From contig JBBQPO010000034.1 of the NCBI GenBank assembly GCA_038217285.1, positions 1 to 30,990 of the forward strand: a stretch of DNA of 30,990 nucleotides, in the 5' to 3' direction. The position numbers and the translations under genes were made by a program. This stretch comes from Chthonomonadales bacterium. GTDB lineage: Bacteria > Armatimonadota > Chthonomonadetes > Chthonomonadales > Chthonomonadaceae. This document shows positions 18,000 through 26,964 of this stretch, one piece after another. Numbering within the stretch: the stretch's first letter is position 1; each line of letters begins with the position of its first letter. The notes under the pieces are model-generated. The model made no database searches and had not been told where the DNA came from. It was given only the letters and a program-made list of their open reading frames with translations.

Positions 18000-19790
18000 A
18001 TGCGGTTAACACGACGCTCTCTGCTATTAGGGCTGACAGGTGGGCTGACGGCGGGGGCGGGTTGCCAACGCGAATCGCACACTCCGCCGCCCGCCCGCCC
18101 CTCGACGACTGTCGTCGATCCGGCCCGCGCCGCTGCCGCCCCGCAACTCACCCGCTACCCCCTTCGTTTTTCAGATGTCAGCGCTTCCGCAGGCATTCAG
18201 TGGAAATACGCGAATGGCGCAACCGGCAAACACTACTTTGTAGAGACGACCGGCGGTGGGGTCGCCTTCTTCGATTACAATAACGACGGCTTCCTGGATA
18301 TCTTCGCGCTTCAGAGCGGGCCACTTCCAGGCGCGACTGGAGAGGGGCTGAAGTTCAGCCAGCGCAGTGTTTTGTACCGCAACAACGGCAACGGCGCGTT
18401 CAGCGACGTGACTTCCGAGGCGAAGCTCGATGGCGACCTGGGCTACGGACAGGGCGTCTCGGTCGCCGACTACGACAACGACGGCTGGGCCGACCTCTAT
18501 ATCACCGCCTACGGCGGCAATCGCCTCCTGCACAATAACGGGGACGGCACGTTTACGGATGTGACCCAGAAAGCGGGTCTGGCCGACCTGGCTGGGGAGA
18601 TGACCTGGCCGCTGAGCGCCGCGTGGGCCGACTACGATAACGATGGCCATCTCGATCTCTTCGTCTGCCACTACTGTCGCTGGGCGCCCGCTGCGAACAA
18701 GGACTGTCCCAACGCCGACGGCAAGCCCTCTTACTGTCGCCCCCAGGTCTATGAGCCCGGCCACTGCCGTCTCTACCACAACAATGGGGACGGCACCTTC
18801 ACCGATGTCACTCAGAAATCCGGGATCGGACGCCTGCTCGGCAAGAGTATGAGCGCCGCCTGGTTCGATTACGATGACGACGGCTGGATGGACCTCTTTG
18901 TGACCAACGACACGATGCCCAATTTCCTGCTCCACAACAATCGGAACGGCACCTTCACCGATCGGGCGGTCGCGGCGGGCGCGGCAGTCGGGGCGCATGG
19001 CGAGCCGCTCTCCGGCATGGGCATCGCGGTCGGCGACTACGACAACAACGGCTTTGAAGATCTGATGGACGTCAACTTCTCCGGCGAACCGAAATCTCTC
19101 TACCTCAACACGGGGCAGGGTTATTTTACAGACTCCGCCTATGCCTCCGGCCTGGCCAGCATCAATCTGCTCTATCTCGGCTTCGGACTCGAGTCTTTCG
19201 ACTACGATCTGGACGGAAACAAAGATATTATCGTCGGCAACGGCCACGTCCTCGACCGCATGGATGTCCAGACGAACGGGTCCTCATATGCACAGAGCCA
19301 ACAGTTGCTGCGTAACCAGGGGAAGGGGATCTTTCAAGAGGACACGCGTTCTCTGGGCGACCTCGCGCTGCCCCGTGTCACGCGCGGACTGGCCGTCGGT
19401 GACTACGATAACGACGGCGATTGGGATGTGGTCATGGTGTCCCAGGCCGGCCCGCTGCAGCTCTACAGAAACGATGGCGGCAATCAGAACCACTGGATCA
19501 CCCTGCGCCTCGAGGGCGTCGAGAGCAACCGGGACGCGATCGGAGCCAAGGTCGTCATCCAGGCAGGCAAGAAGACACAGACTCAGTGGGTGCGTGGAGG
19601 GTCGAGTTACTGTTCGCACAGCGATATCCGCGTTACCTTCGGCCTCGGAGACGAGACGCGTATCGACAAGATCACCGTCCGATGGCCGCGCGGCCGCCGC
19701 CAGGAGTTCGGCGCCCTTCCAGCCAACCAGTTCTACTGGCTCCGGGAGGGCCAGTCCCCGGTTCGTGACCCGCGCGTGGCGTCCAAATAG
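18000..19790 (+). CDS. CRTAC1-family FG-GAP/VCBS repeat protein with C-terminal ASPIC/UnbV domain; Tat lipoprotein
   Basis: TRRSLL twin-arginine signal with AGC lipobox; repeated DYDNDG..D motifs; C-terminal SNRDAIGAKV...GSSYCS...FGLG...VRWP. Confidence 0.9.
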   Translation: MRLTRRSLLLGLTGGLTAGAGCQRESHTPPPARPSTTVVDPARAAAAPQLTRYPLRFSDVSASAGIQWKYANGATGKHYFVETTGGGVAFFDYNNDGFLDIFALQSGPLPGATGEGLKFSQRSVLYRNNGNGAFSDVTSEAKLDGDLGYGQGVSVADYDNDGWADLYITAYGGNRLLHNNGDGTFTDVTQKAGLADLAGEMTWPLSAAWADYDNDGHLDLFVCHYCRWAPAANKDCPNADGKPSYCRPQVYEPGHCRLYHNNGDGTFTDVTQKSGIGRLLGKSMSAAWFDYDDDGWMDLFVTNDTMPNFLLHNNRNGTFTDRAVAAGAAVGAHGEPLSGMGIAVGDYDNNGFEDLMDVNFSGEPKSLYLNTGQGYFTDSAYASGLASINLLYLGFGLESFDYDLDGNKDIIVGNGHVLDRMDVQTNGSSYAQSQQLLRNQGKGIFQEDTRSLGDLALPRVTRGLAVGDYDNDGDWDVVMVSQAGPLQLYRNDGGNQNHWITLRLEGVESNRDAIGAKVVIQAGKKTQTQWVRGGSSYCSHSDIRVTFGLGDETRIDKITVRWPRGRRQEFGALPANQFYWLREGQSPVRDPRVASK

Positions 19791-20049
19791 TCCCGCTTCT
19801 GAACCCGATGCGTAGTGACATCTACTTTCTCCTCCTGCATCTGCTCCCTGTTTCATGACACTACCGCCATGCTCTTTCGGCGGAGCAGGAATCGCAGAGG
19901 CGTATTGGGAACTTACAGTCTGCCAATACAGCCTGCGAGTTCATCCGGAGGGCTGGTACGGGATCGACAGGTTTACCGCACGGTAGGGTTGTTGATCGTA
20001 TTCCGATAAGCCGTTCTACCTATCTACCCTGACCCCTTTGGAAAGACCC

Positions 20050-22524
20050 ATGACCCCTGCGCTGACGTGCACGTTTTGTGAGAATGCTCTGGAAGGCGAC
20101 GACCGATACTGTGTTCGGTGCGGCCAGACGACCGCACAAATTCGTTGGTCCTCCTCCCTGGACTCGCGACCGGGGACAGGCGCCGTCGTTTTGCCTCCCG
20201 ATGGCACGTTCTATCTGGTCGCCCACAATAGCGGCAGCGACGCGGTTAATGTCCGCGTCGATGTCACACGCTTGCACGGGCTGCGGCTGGTGGGGAAGAC
20301 AGCAGCGCGCGTGGATCGGCAGCAGTCGGTCGCCTTTGCGCTGCAGCCGCTGCCGCAAGAGAGCCTGAGCGGTTTTATCACGCTGGTGAGTGACGATGGC
20401 CCTCGTCCGCATCCCTCGGCGCTCGCACCGCAGAGCCCCTGGTGGGAGTTCCACGCGGAGCGTGAGCAGCGACTGCGCGCCAATGAGCTTGTGCGCGTCG
20501 TGGTGGACCGCTGGATCGTCGGCAGCGCCACTCTCCTCTTTCCCCCAGGCGTGCGCCGACAGTATGTGCGCCTCTGGAACGATGCCGACCAGGTGCGCAG
20601 CTTCGACTCCGATGTCCCGACGGGCTATCGCCTCACCAATGTCACCCTCCCCATCGACAGGAAAGCGCCCGAGGTCTTTGCACACGGCACCATTGAGATC
20701 GTCGCGGAAGCGCTGCCGGAACGGGTCGCGAAAGGCGCGGATCAGGAGTGGTCAGCCGGCCCCGAGGCCGAGCCGATACTTCTGCGGCGACTGGAGTCCG
20801 CAGTCGATGAAGCGGGCGCCGATGTTGTGATCGCCATCGACTTCGGAACGCGCAACACCGGCGTCCGGGTGCGCTGGCGGCATGGCCTGGTGGCGGGCAA
20901 GCCCCGGGGAACCGTAGACGTCATCGGCGACCGCGACGGCAAGGCCCGCTTTCCCACCGAGATGGCCATGCATCGCAATGGGCGAAGTTTCCGCTGGGGA
21001 TCGGAAGTGTCCCGAGGAATGCTGGCCCAGGATGAGATCCGTATCGGTAACCTGAAGACCCTGCTGCGCGTCAATGAGGAGCCGTTCCGCCGGGAGAACC
21101 CGCACTGGTCGAACGCCTATCTCCTGGAGCGCTACTTCGAGCAGCTCTTTCTCCGCATCGACGACTATTTCAAAGCCGCCGACGCCTCCCTCTCCCGCCT
21201 CAACCTGAATGTACGCTACGTCTTGACGCGCCCCGTGCTCGACGCCAATGAAGGCGATACGCAGGGGAAAACGTATGAGCTCGCCTTGAAAACCGCTATG
21301 GAGCGCTGCGGAGTCGCGGAGACACAGATCACCTTCGTCCCCGAACCCGTCGCTGCCGCCTACGGCATCGCCAAACGGCGCGCGCAGGAGCTTCTGGCTA
21401 TGGGTGAAGGCACTCCCATCGCCGTCATCGACGCCGGGGGCGGCACGACCGATATCGCGCTCGCCTATGTCAGCTTACGGGAGGGCCGGGTGGCGCTCGA
21501 CATTCGCGGCACCTACGCGCTCAATCTGGATGCGGCGAACCCCGCGCTGCCTGCCGTCGAGCGTTTTGGCGCGAGCGACCGGCGCGAGTTCGGCGGAGAC
21601 GTGCTCGATTATGCGCTGACCCACCGCCTGCTGACCGATGCCGCCGGCCTGCTCGAAACGGAAGGGCGCGCGGTGCCGAACCATCTGGAAGTCTCCGCAA
21701 CGCCTCTCTCCGAAGAAGAGAAGCAGCGCCGCGAGATCGAGCTTGTCCTCTCTTGCCGAACCATGAAAGAGGCGTTTGCCCATGTCTCCACCCATCACCT
21801 GACCCGCACCGCCAACCAGCAGGCGCGGGAGCATGAGCACTTCATCTTCGCGAATCGACCCGACTACGAAGGAATCTATCTGGAGCAGTCTCTGTTTGGC
21901 GACCACCTGCTTGCTCCTATTCTGCTCGCGCCGGTGCAGGAGCTTCGGGAACGCATGGAGCAGGACAGCTTTGAAGCGCAGGGCATTCGGCCCTCTCGCG
22001 TAAAGCACGTTTTCTATGTCGGCGGCACCAACATCGAGTCCTACCTGCGCCAGCAGTTTCAGGAAGCCTTTCCCAACTCGCCGCGCCTCCAGGCGGAAGG
22101 CCCCGAGGGCGTTGAGGAACGTATCGCGGAACGTCTGAATGCGGTAGTGGAAGGCGCGGTCTGGTGTGATGAAGCGTTGTTCGCAGCCTCGCCTCTGACA
22201 TGGACCCTGGAAGTGGATCAGGTAGAAAAGCGGTGCCTGCAGCAGGGCGATCCCCTCCCGCCGGAATCCACCCCCGGCTTGCACCTGTTTCCGATTCGGT
22301 TGGAGCCGTTCCAGGAGCTGGAAGCAACGCTCTCCGCGACTGGGAGCGGACTGTCGGAAACTCTCGCCGTGGCGCGCGGATTCTACCGCAACACGACGGA
22401 AACCTTGCAGGAGGGAACGCTGCAGGTGCGCATAAGCCGCGAGAAGGGCATCACCGCCACTCTCCTTATCAACAGCCGCAGCTACGAGCAGTGGCGTGTC
22501 GCTCTGGTGGAGGCCGGTCCATGA
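20050..22524 (+). CDS. Divergent Hsp70/actin-fold ATPase with N-terminal zinc ribbon and beta-rich domain
   Basis: CTFC...CVRCG; IAIDFGTRNT (phosphate 1), VPEPVAAA, VIDAGGGTTDI (phosphate 2), FGGDVLD, VFYVGG (adenosine motif), AVVEGA. Confidence 0.85.
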   Translation: MTPALTCTFCENALEGDDRYCVRCGQTTAQIRWSSSLDSRPGTGAVVLPPDGTFYLVAHNSGSDAVNVRVDVTRLHGLRLVGKTAARVDRQQSVAFALQPLPQESLSGFITLVSDDGPRPHPSALAPQSPWWEFHAEREQRLRANELVRVVVDRWIVGSATLLFPPGVRRQYVRLWNDADQVRSFDSDVPTGYRLTNVTLPIDRKAPEVFAHGTIEIVAEALPERVAKGADQEWSAGPEAEPILLRRLESAVDEAGADVVIAIDFGTRNTGVRVRWRHGLVAGKPRGTVDVIGDRDGKARFPTEMAMHRNGRSFRWGSEVSRGMLAQDEIRIGNLKTLLRVNEEPFRRENPHWSNAYLLERYFEQLFLRIDDYFKAADASLSRLNLNVRYVLTRPVLDANEGDTQGKTYELALKTAMERCGVAETQITFVPEPVAAAYGIAKRRAQELLAMGEGTPIAVIDAGGGTTDIALAYVSLREGRVALDIRGTYALNLDAANPALPAVERFGASDRREFGGDVLDYALTHRLLTDAAGLLETEGRAVPNHLEVSATPLSEEEKQRREIELVLSCRTMKEAFAHVSTHHLTRTANQQAREHEHFIFANRPDYEGIYLEQSLFGDHLLAPILLAPVQELRERMEQDSFEAQGIRPSRVKHVFYVGGTNIESYLRQQFQEAFPNSPRLQAEGPEGVEERIAERLNAVVEGAVWCDEALFAASPLTWTLEVDQVEKRCLQQGDPLPPESTPGLHLFPIRLEPFQELEATLSATGSGLSETLAVARGFYRNTTETLQEGTLQVRISREKGITATLLINSRSYEQWRVALVEAGP

Positions 22525-24053
22525 GTCAAGAAGAGTCCTCCTGGGAGGAAGAGGCTGCCGCGCCGCCCGCGACAGAAATCGACGGCAGGACCACCTCTGC
22601 GGAAATCGTAGTGGAGCCCATTTCAGACGCTTCCGTTCCGCTGCCGGAAGAGACGGAGAGTTCCGAAGAGGAGACCGGCATCTCCCAAACCCTCGCCTAT
22701 CTCACCGGAGAGGCGGAGGCTGCCCGTCAAAAGCTGGACGCCCAGAGTCAGCGCCTCGACGGGATCGAGCGGGAGATCCAGGATGTCGCCGGGGCGCTGC
22801 TAAGCCAGCTTGCTAGCCTGGAAACGCAGGGACAAGAGGTTGCCAAAGCTATTGCAGGATACGCTGTGCAGAGTGTCGGCACGCTGACAGCCTGCCTTGA
22901 AACGGCCGAGAAGGCGCGACGGGAGGCCGAACAGCGGGCTACGGAGGCCGAAGCGCAGGTTGCGCGGGTGGTAATACGGCAGGACGCGTACCAACAGGCG
23001 TGGAATTCCGCACCTCTGACACTGCGTCTGAAGTTCGTGCGCGAACTCCTCCCGGACAGCCATGCCTTACAGAATGTTCTGAAGGAAGCGGCGGCGCTGG
23101 AAGAGTTGCGGCGGCGCGGGCACGACCTCGAAAATTGGTTCACCAACTATCCTGCGCTGTTCGCCGACGCGGCCCAGGCGCTTCTCTCCGGAAGCGGCGG
23201 AAATGCCCTGGCACATGAGGAGTTAGAGACAGACCCGGCAAACACGCTGGCCGCGCAGGCGTTGCACGAAGCGCAGACGGCGCTCGAAACGACGCTTCAG
23301 GCTCTCGGCATTACCTGGATCACCCCTGCGCTCGGCGATGCCATACGGGCCGACTACGAAGTCGTCGGCGATGAGAGCTCCCCACAACGCGACGGCTGTG
23401 TGGCGCGTTTGCGACGCCGAGGATTCCGTTTCCAGGGGCGGCTGGCCCTGCCCGCGCAAGTCCTGCGCTCCGCCCCATACCGTCCGACCGCGCCGACGGT
23501 GACAGACCAGATCAGAGCGGCAGAGAGTGTGCCGCCTCTCGCTCCCGTACCGCAGACTGCCGAGGCAAGCGACCTGCCGGACTGGCTGCGCATGCTGAGC
23601 CAGCGCACGTTCGGATGCGATCTGCCCGTCGTCGCCTCGCTGACGGCGCAGGTGATCGCCCTGAAGGATCTGCCGGTACGCCTCGCTGCTGTGCCTGCGG
23701 AGACGGAGGCTCGCAAGCTGTTAAGCGACGCTTTGCAGCCGCTGCTGCCGTTACTGGGCCTCCGCTATGCGGATGGGCTATCCGACATCCCGGAAGTGTG
23801 GGGGGCGGCGTTTCTCGATGTGCGCGAGCCGCTGCTGGCATGGCTCGCCGACAAAATCGCCATCTCCCTCGTGGCTCCTGCGCGAGGTGACCGCTTCGAT
23901 CCGCAAACGATGGAGGCGCTGGAGACGCGCCGAACCGTCCATGCGAAAGAGGACGAAACCGTCGCGAAACTGGAGCGTATCGGACTGTTGTGGCGTGAGC
24001 GTCCGGTTATCCGCGCGCAGGTGGTACGCTATTCGATAGGAGGAGCCCCATGA
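22521..24053 (+). CDS. Coiled-coil protein with two GrpE-like domains
   Basis: ATGA overlap with the upstream stop, plus GGAGG RBS; acidic N-terminus and coiled coil; LGITWITPALGD...VARLRRRGFRFQGRLALPAQV and ISLVAPARGDRFDPQTMEA...TVAKLERIGLLWRERPVIRAQV both match the GrpE head pattern. Confidence 0.7.
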   Translation: MSQEESSWEEEAAAPPATEIDGRTTSAEIVVEPISDASVPLPEETESSEEETGISQTLAYLTGEAEAARQKLDAQSQRLDGIEREIQDVAGALLSQLASLETQGQEVAKAIAGYAVQSVGTLTACLETAEKARREAEQRATEAEAQVARVVIRQDAYQQAWNSAPLTLRLKFVRELLPDSHALQNVLKEAAALEELRRRGHDLENWFTNYPALFADAAQALLSGSGGNALAHEELETDPANTLAAQALHEAQTALETTLQALGITWITPALGDAIRADYEVVGDESSPQRDGCVARLRRRGFRFQGRLALPAQVLRSAPYRPTAPTVTDQIRAAESVPPLAPVPQTAEASDLPDWLRMLSQRTFGCDLPVVASLTAQVIALKDLPVRLAAVPAETEARKLLSDALQPLLPLLGLRYADGLSDIPEVWGAAFLDVREPLLAWLADKIAISLVAPARGDRFDPQTMEALETRRTVHAKEDETVAKLERIGLLWRERPVIRAQVVRYSIGGAP

Positions 24054-25489
24054 GCGCCCCCGTCATTACCTGCCTATGCGGGGAGCCGCTGCGGCCAGAT
24101 GCCAATTTTTGTGCACGGTGCGGCCGCGAGATACGCCAAAACTGCCCCGTCTGCTTCGAAGAACGTCGGCTTATCGCCAGAAGTGACCCTGCGGCGTCTC
24201 CCTGGTGTGCCAGCCGGGGGGGGCTCTTGCTGGCCTGCAAACGCTGTGGGCGCTGGCTTCCTGCCGACACCCGGCAGTGTCCCGATCCGGGCTGTCGCGG
24301 CAGCGTTCGCCTCACCTGGCCCGCCTCGACCGGGCGGGCGGTGGATGGCACGGGCATGACGGGATCGTGGACATGGCCTGCAAGCTGGGACCATCAGAAC
24401 CCGAACTACAGAGCGCCCCGACAGGAGAGCTGGAGCAGCGAAACTCCCGTGCATGCGGCCTTTGTCGCCCACGGACGGCTCTACGTCTGGGCCGAAACCA
24501 CGCTGCTTGCGCCGGAAGGTCCGGCGGGCGGGCCGCTCGCCGAAGCGTCGGGCCGTGGGCCGAGGTCGCCATGGCGCTGCTGGCTCAAACTCGACGGCGA
24601 ACCCGATCCTCGGCTGTCTATAGGGCAGCGTGTATCGCTCGTCGGCGGAGGAGCGATCCTGGCCGCACAGAACGACTTCCTGCTGGCCGGTCTCTACCCG
24701 CACCGCGCCGAGGATGTCGTTCCGCTCAATCTGGGAACACCGCTGGCGCAGGCCGCGTCGGAAGGCTGGTGGGTCGGCTGGAGCCGGCAATCGGGTCGCC
24801 CCACCCTCTGCCTGGCCCCTATTCCCGCGAACTGGCGCAGTCTGGACATCCGGCAGATCACGGATATACCGCCGCAAGCGGTTCCTCGGGAGAACAGTCC
24901 TCTGGCGCTCTGCGACGGAAGGGCCTCCTGGATCGGCGCAGAGGGGACTTTGTGGCAACTCGACTGCCTTTCTCTCGATCTGCAGCCGCTGCATGAGAGA
25001 CTTCCCGGCCTTCAGCGCGTCTGGTGTAAGCAGGATGGAACGCATACGATTCGCGTCACCGGGGAAGGGCTGCGCGTCGGACTCGATGCGGTGGTGCGCG
25101 ACGGGACGATACGGGAGACGCCGGCAGGCGCAGGGCCGTTCCGCGACCTGTTTGCCGCGCCTGCGCTGATCGCCGTCGTCGGCGAAACGGTGACGACCCT
25201 CGACCCGCAGACAGGCGACACGCTGGGCAGCGGGAGATACAGCGGGCAGTGGATCACCGGCGCCCTGACCGAGGCCCCGCTCGCTGCCGCCGACCGCGAG
25301 CCGCGCCTCCTGATGCTGACCTACGATATGGACGCCGGGAACCTCTCCGCGCTGCACCCCTCGTCCGGCGGAGAGGAACCGGTCTGGCGCGCGCCGGGAG
25401 TGCGTCCTATGAATCTGATCGTAGCGGGCGAAAGCCTCTACGTAGTGCATGAGCGCGGCGTAACACGCATACAGGAGGCCCTGCCTTGA
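24050..25489 (+). CDS. Multi-zinc-ribbon protein with putative beta-propeller C-terminal region
   Basis: CLCG...FCARCG, CPVC...WCASRG, CKRCG...CPDPGCRG; Trp/Gly-rich short strands ending LYVVHERGV; ATGA overlap with AGGAGG RBS. Confidence 0.7.
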   Translation: MSAPVITCLCGEPLRPDANFCARCGREIRQNCPVCFEERRLIARSDPAASPWCASRGGLLLACKRCGRWLPADTRQCPDPGCRGSVRLTWPASTGRAVDGTGMTGSWTWPASWDHQNPNYRAPRQESWSSETPVHAAFVAHGRLYVWAETTLLAPEGPAGGPLAEASGRGPRSPWRCWLKLDGEPDPRLSIGQRVSLVGGGAILAAQNDFLLAGLYPHRAEDVVPLNLGTPLAQAASEGWWVGWSRQSGRPTLCLAPIPANWRSLDIRQITDIPPQAVPRENSPLALCDGRASWIGAEGTLWQLDCLSLDLQPLHERLPGLQRVWCKQDGTHTIRVTGEGLRVGLDAVVRDGTIRETPAGAGPFRDLFAAPALIAVVGETVTTLDPQTGDTLGSGRYSGQWITGALTEAPLAAADREPRLLMLTYDMDAGNLSALHPSSGGEEPVWRAPGVRPMNLIVAGESLYVVHERGVTRIQEALP

Positions 25490-26964
25490 AGATAAGTGCT
25501 CGATGGTCGCATCTCCGCCCGGCCCGCCGCGCAGGAGGGATCACTCTGCTGGCGCTGCTGCTCTGCGTCGGAGCGGTCGTTTCCGGCTGGGCGCAGGACG
25601 TCAATCCAAAGGACTACGCGCGCATCACGCAGGTTCCGCGCGCCGAAATGGACGCGTGGCTGCGGCAGGAAGTGACCAAAAGCGGAGGGAAGTGGGACGT
25701 GGATCGCTACCACTTCTACATCGGTTTTTCCACCGGGCATTTCGGCCAGGATCCGGTCCACGCGATCGCGATGCGGCGGGTGGCCTTCAGCCTGATGAAC
25801 AACTCGCTCGCGGTCGGCGACCGCATCACCCCGATCGCCTGGGAGATGAAGACCTGGGACGTCGGCCCCTCCGTCGCCCTGACCGACGACCCGGCCAGTC
25901 GGGCGGAGTTCGTTGATCGCGTGCCCTATGCGCCCCACACCGGCAGCCAGGGCGGGCACGACATCGAGCGCGCGCTCTACGAAACGATCACGCAGGCGAT
26001 CCCAGCCGACGAAACTCAGAGCGCCATCGTGCTCCTGCTGACCAACAGCAACGCCAGCCAGTCGCCGACCGGGGAGCGGGCGACCCTCTTCGGAGCGGAC
26101 AATCCGCAGTTGATACGCGCGCTCCAGGCCGGAGGCTATCGTCTGCCACTGGTGCGCAAGGAGTTTCGAATGCAGGCCGGGACGCTGCCTGTCACCGTCG
26201 CCCTCACGGCCCTGTTCCCCACCAGGTTGGTCTCTCTGCCGGGCGCGCCGACGACCCCACGCTATCCGACCTTCGCCCGCGAAACCTGGCAGCCTGCGGC
26301 GGATACGCCTGCCGCCACCGACGCCCTGCCCAACCCGACGCGCCCTGCGTCTGCGGGGCAGGCGCGCACCGGCACGGCAGGCTCCGCCGGCGCGGCCTCC
26401 GACACCTCGAACCCTCCCCACTCCATTCCCGGCTGGGTCTGGATCCTGGCGGCGCTGGCGCTGCTGGTCATCGTAGCGCTGATCGCTCTGCACTACAGCA
26501 AGCGCAAACTTGCCGTATCGGGCGCACCTGTCGCCAAAACGCCGCCTGCCGTCCCCCTAGCAGCTTCCGTTCCCGGCAGCCTCACCGTCACGGTCGGCCC
26601 CACGGAGCAGGCGCTGGACTCCCTGACCAAGCTGACGACGGCCAGCGCCTGGATGCTCCTGCGCGAGGCGGATGGCAAGGTGATCCTGGCCGATGTGCCA
26701 GCGCCATTGGGGAGTGTCCCTAGCACGCCTGCCATTCCCACGCCGACCGTCCTGGCGAAATTCGCCTTCGATGCGAAGCGGGCGCTGCGAGTCGATGCCG
26801 AGCTCGGCGCGCAGTTTATGAAACTGCAGGGGACCGCCGCAGACCAGTGCAACCCGCGCCTGCTGCTCATTGAACCCGGCAAAAAGGTGTTCTGCCGGGT
26901 TCTGCCGCCGGATACCGCCGTGGAGACACGGATTGAGATCAACTACAATACGCCGAAAGGATAA
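25486..26964 (+). CDS. Exported degenerate vWA-like domain, Pro/Ala/Thr linker, TM helix and cytoplasmic beta-rich domain
   Basis: Signal peptide (…GWA-Q); HFYIGFSTGH, GGHDIERAL and IVLLLTN fall at vWA motif positions; TM WVWILAALALLVIVALIAL; TTGA overlap with AGGAGG RBS. Confidence 0.6.
   Translation: MKISARWSHLRPARRAGGITLLALLLCVGAVVSGWAQDVNPKDYARITQVPRAEMDAWLRQEVTKSGGKWDVDRYHFYIGFSTGHFGQDPVHAIAMRRVAFSLMNNSLAVGDRITPIAWEMKTWDVGPSVALTDDPASRAEFVDRVPYAPHTGSQGGHDIERALYETITQAIPADETQSAIVLLLTNSNASQSPTGERATLFGADNPQLIRALQAGGYRLPLVRKEFRMQAGTLPVTVALTALFPTRLVSLPGAPTTPRYPTFARETWQPAADTPAATDALPNPTRPASAGQARTGTAGSAGAASDTSNPPHSIPGWVWILAALALLVIVALIALHYSKRKLAVSGAPVAKTPPAVPLAASVPGSLTVTVGPTEQALDSLTKLTTASAWMLLREADGKVILADVPAPLGSVPSTPAIPTPTVLAKFAFDAKRALRVDAELGAQFMKLQGTAADQCNPRLLLIEPGKKVFCRVLPPDTAVETRIEINYNTPKG

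Noticed and set aside
18280-19440. Recurring GACTACGACAACGACGG-like nucleotide repeats
   Set aside because: They encode the FG-GAP DYDNDG protein repeats; this is not a CRISPR array or a DNA repeat element.
22200-22520. Upstream extension of the GrpE-like ORF
   Set aside because: It overlaps the Hsp70-like CDS; ATG at 22521 has a GGAGG RBS and an ATGA coupling.
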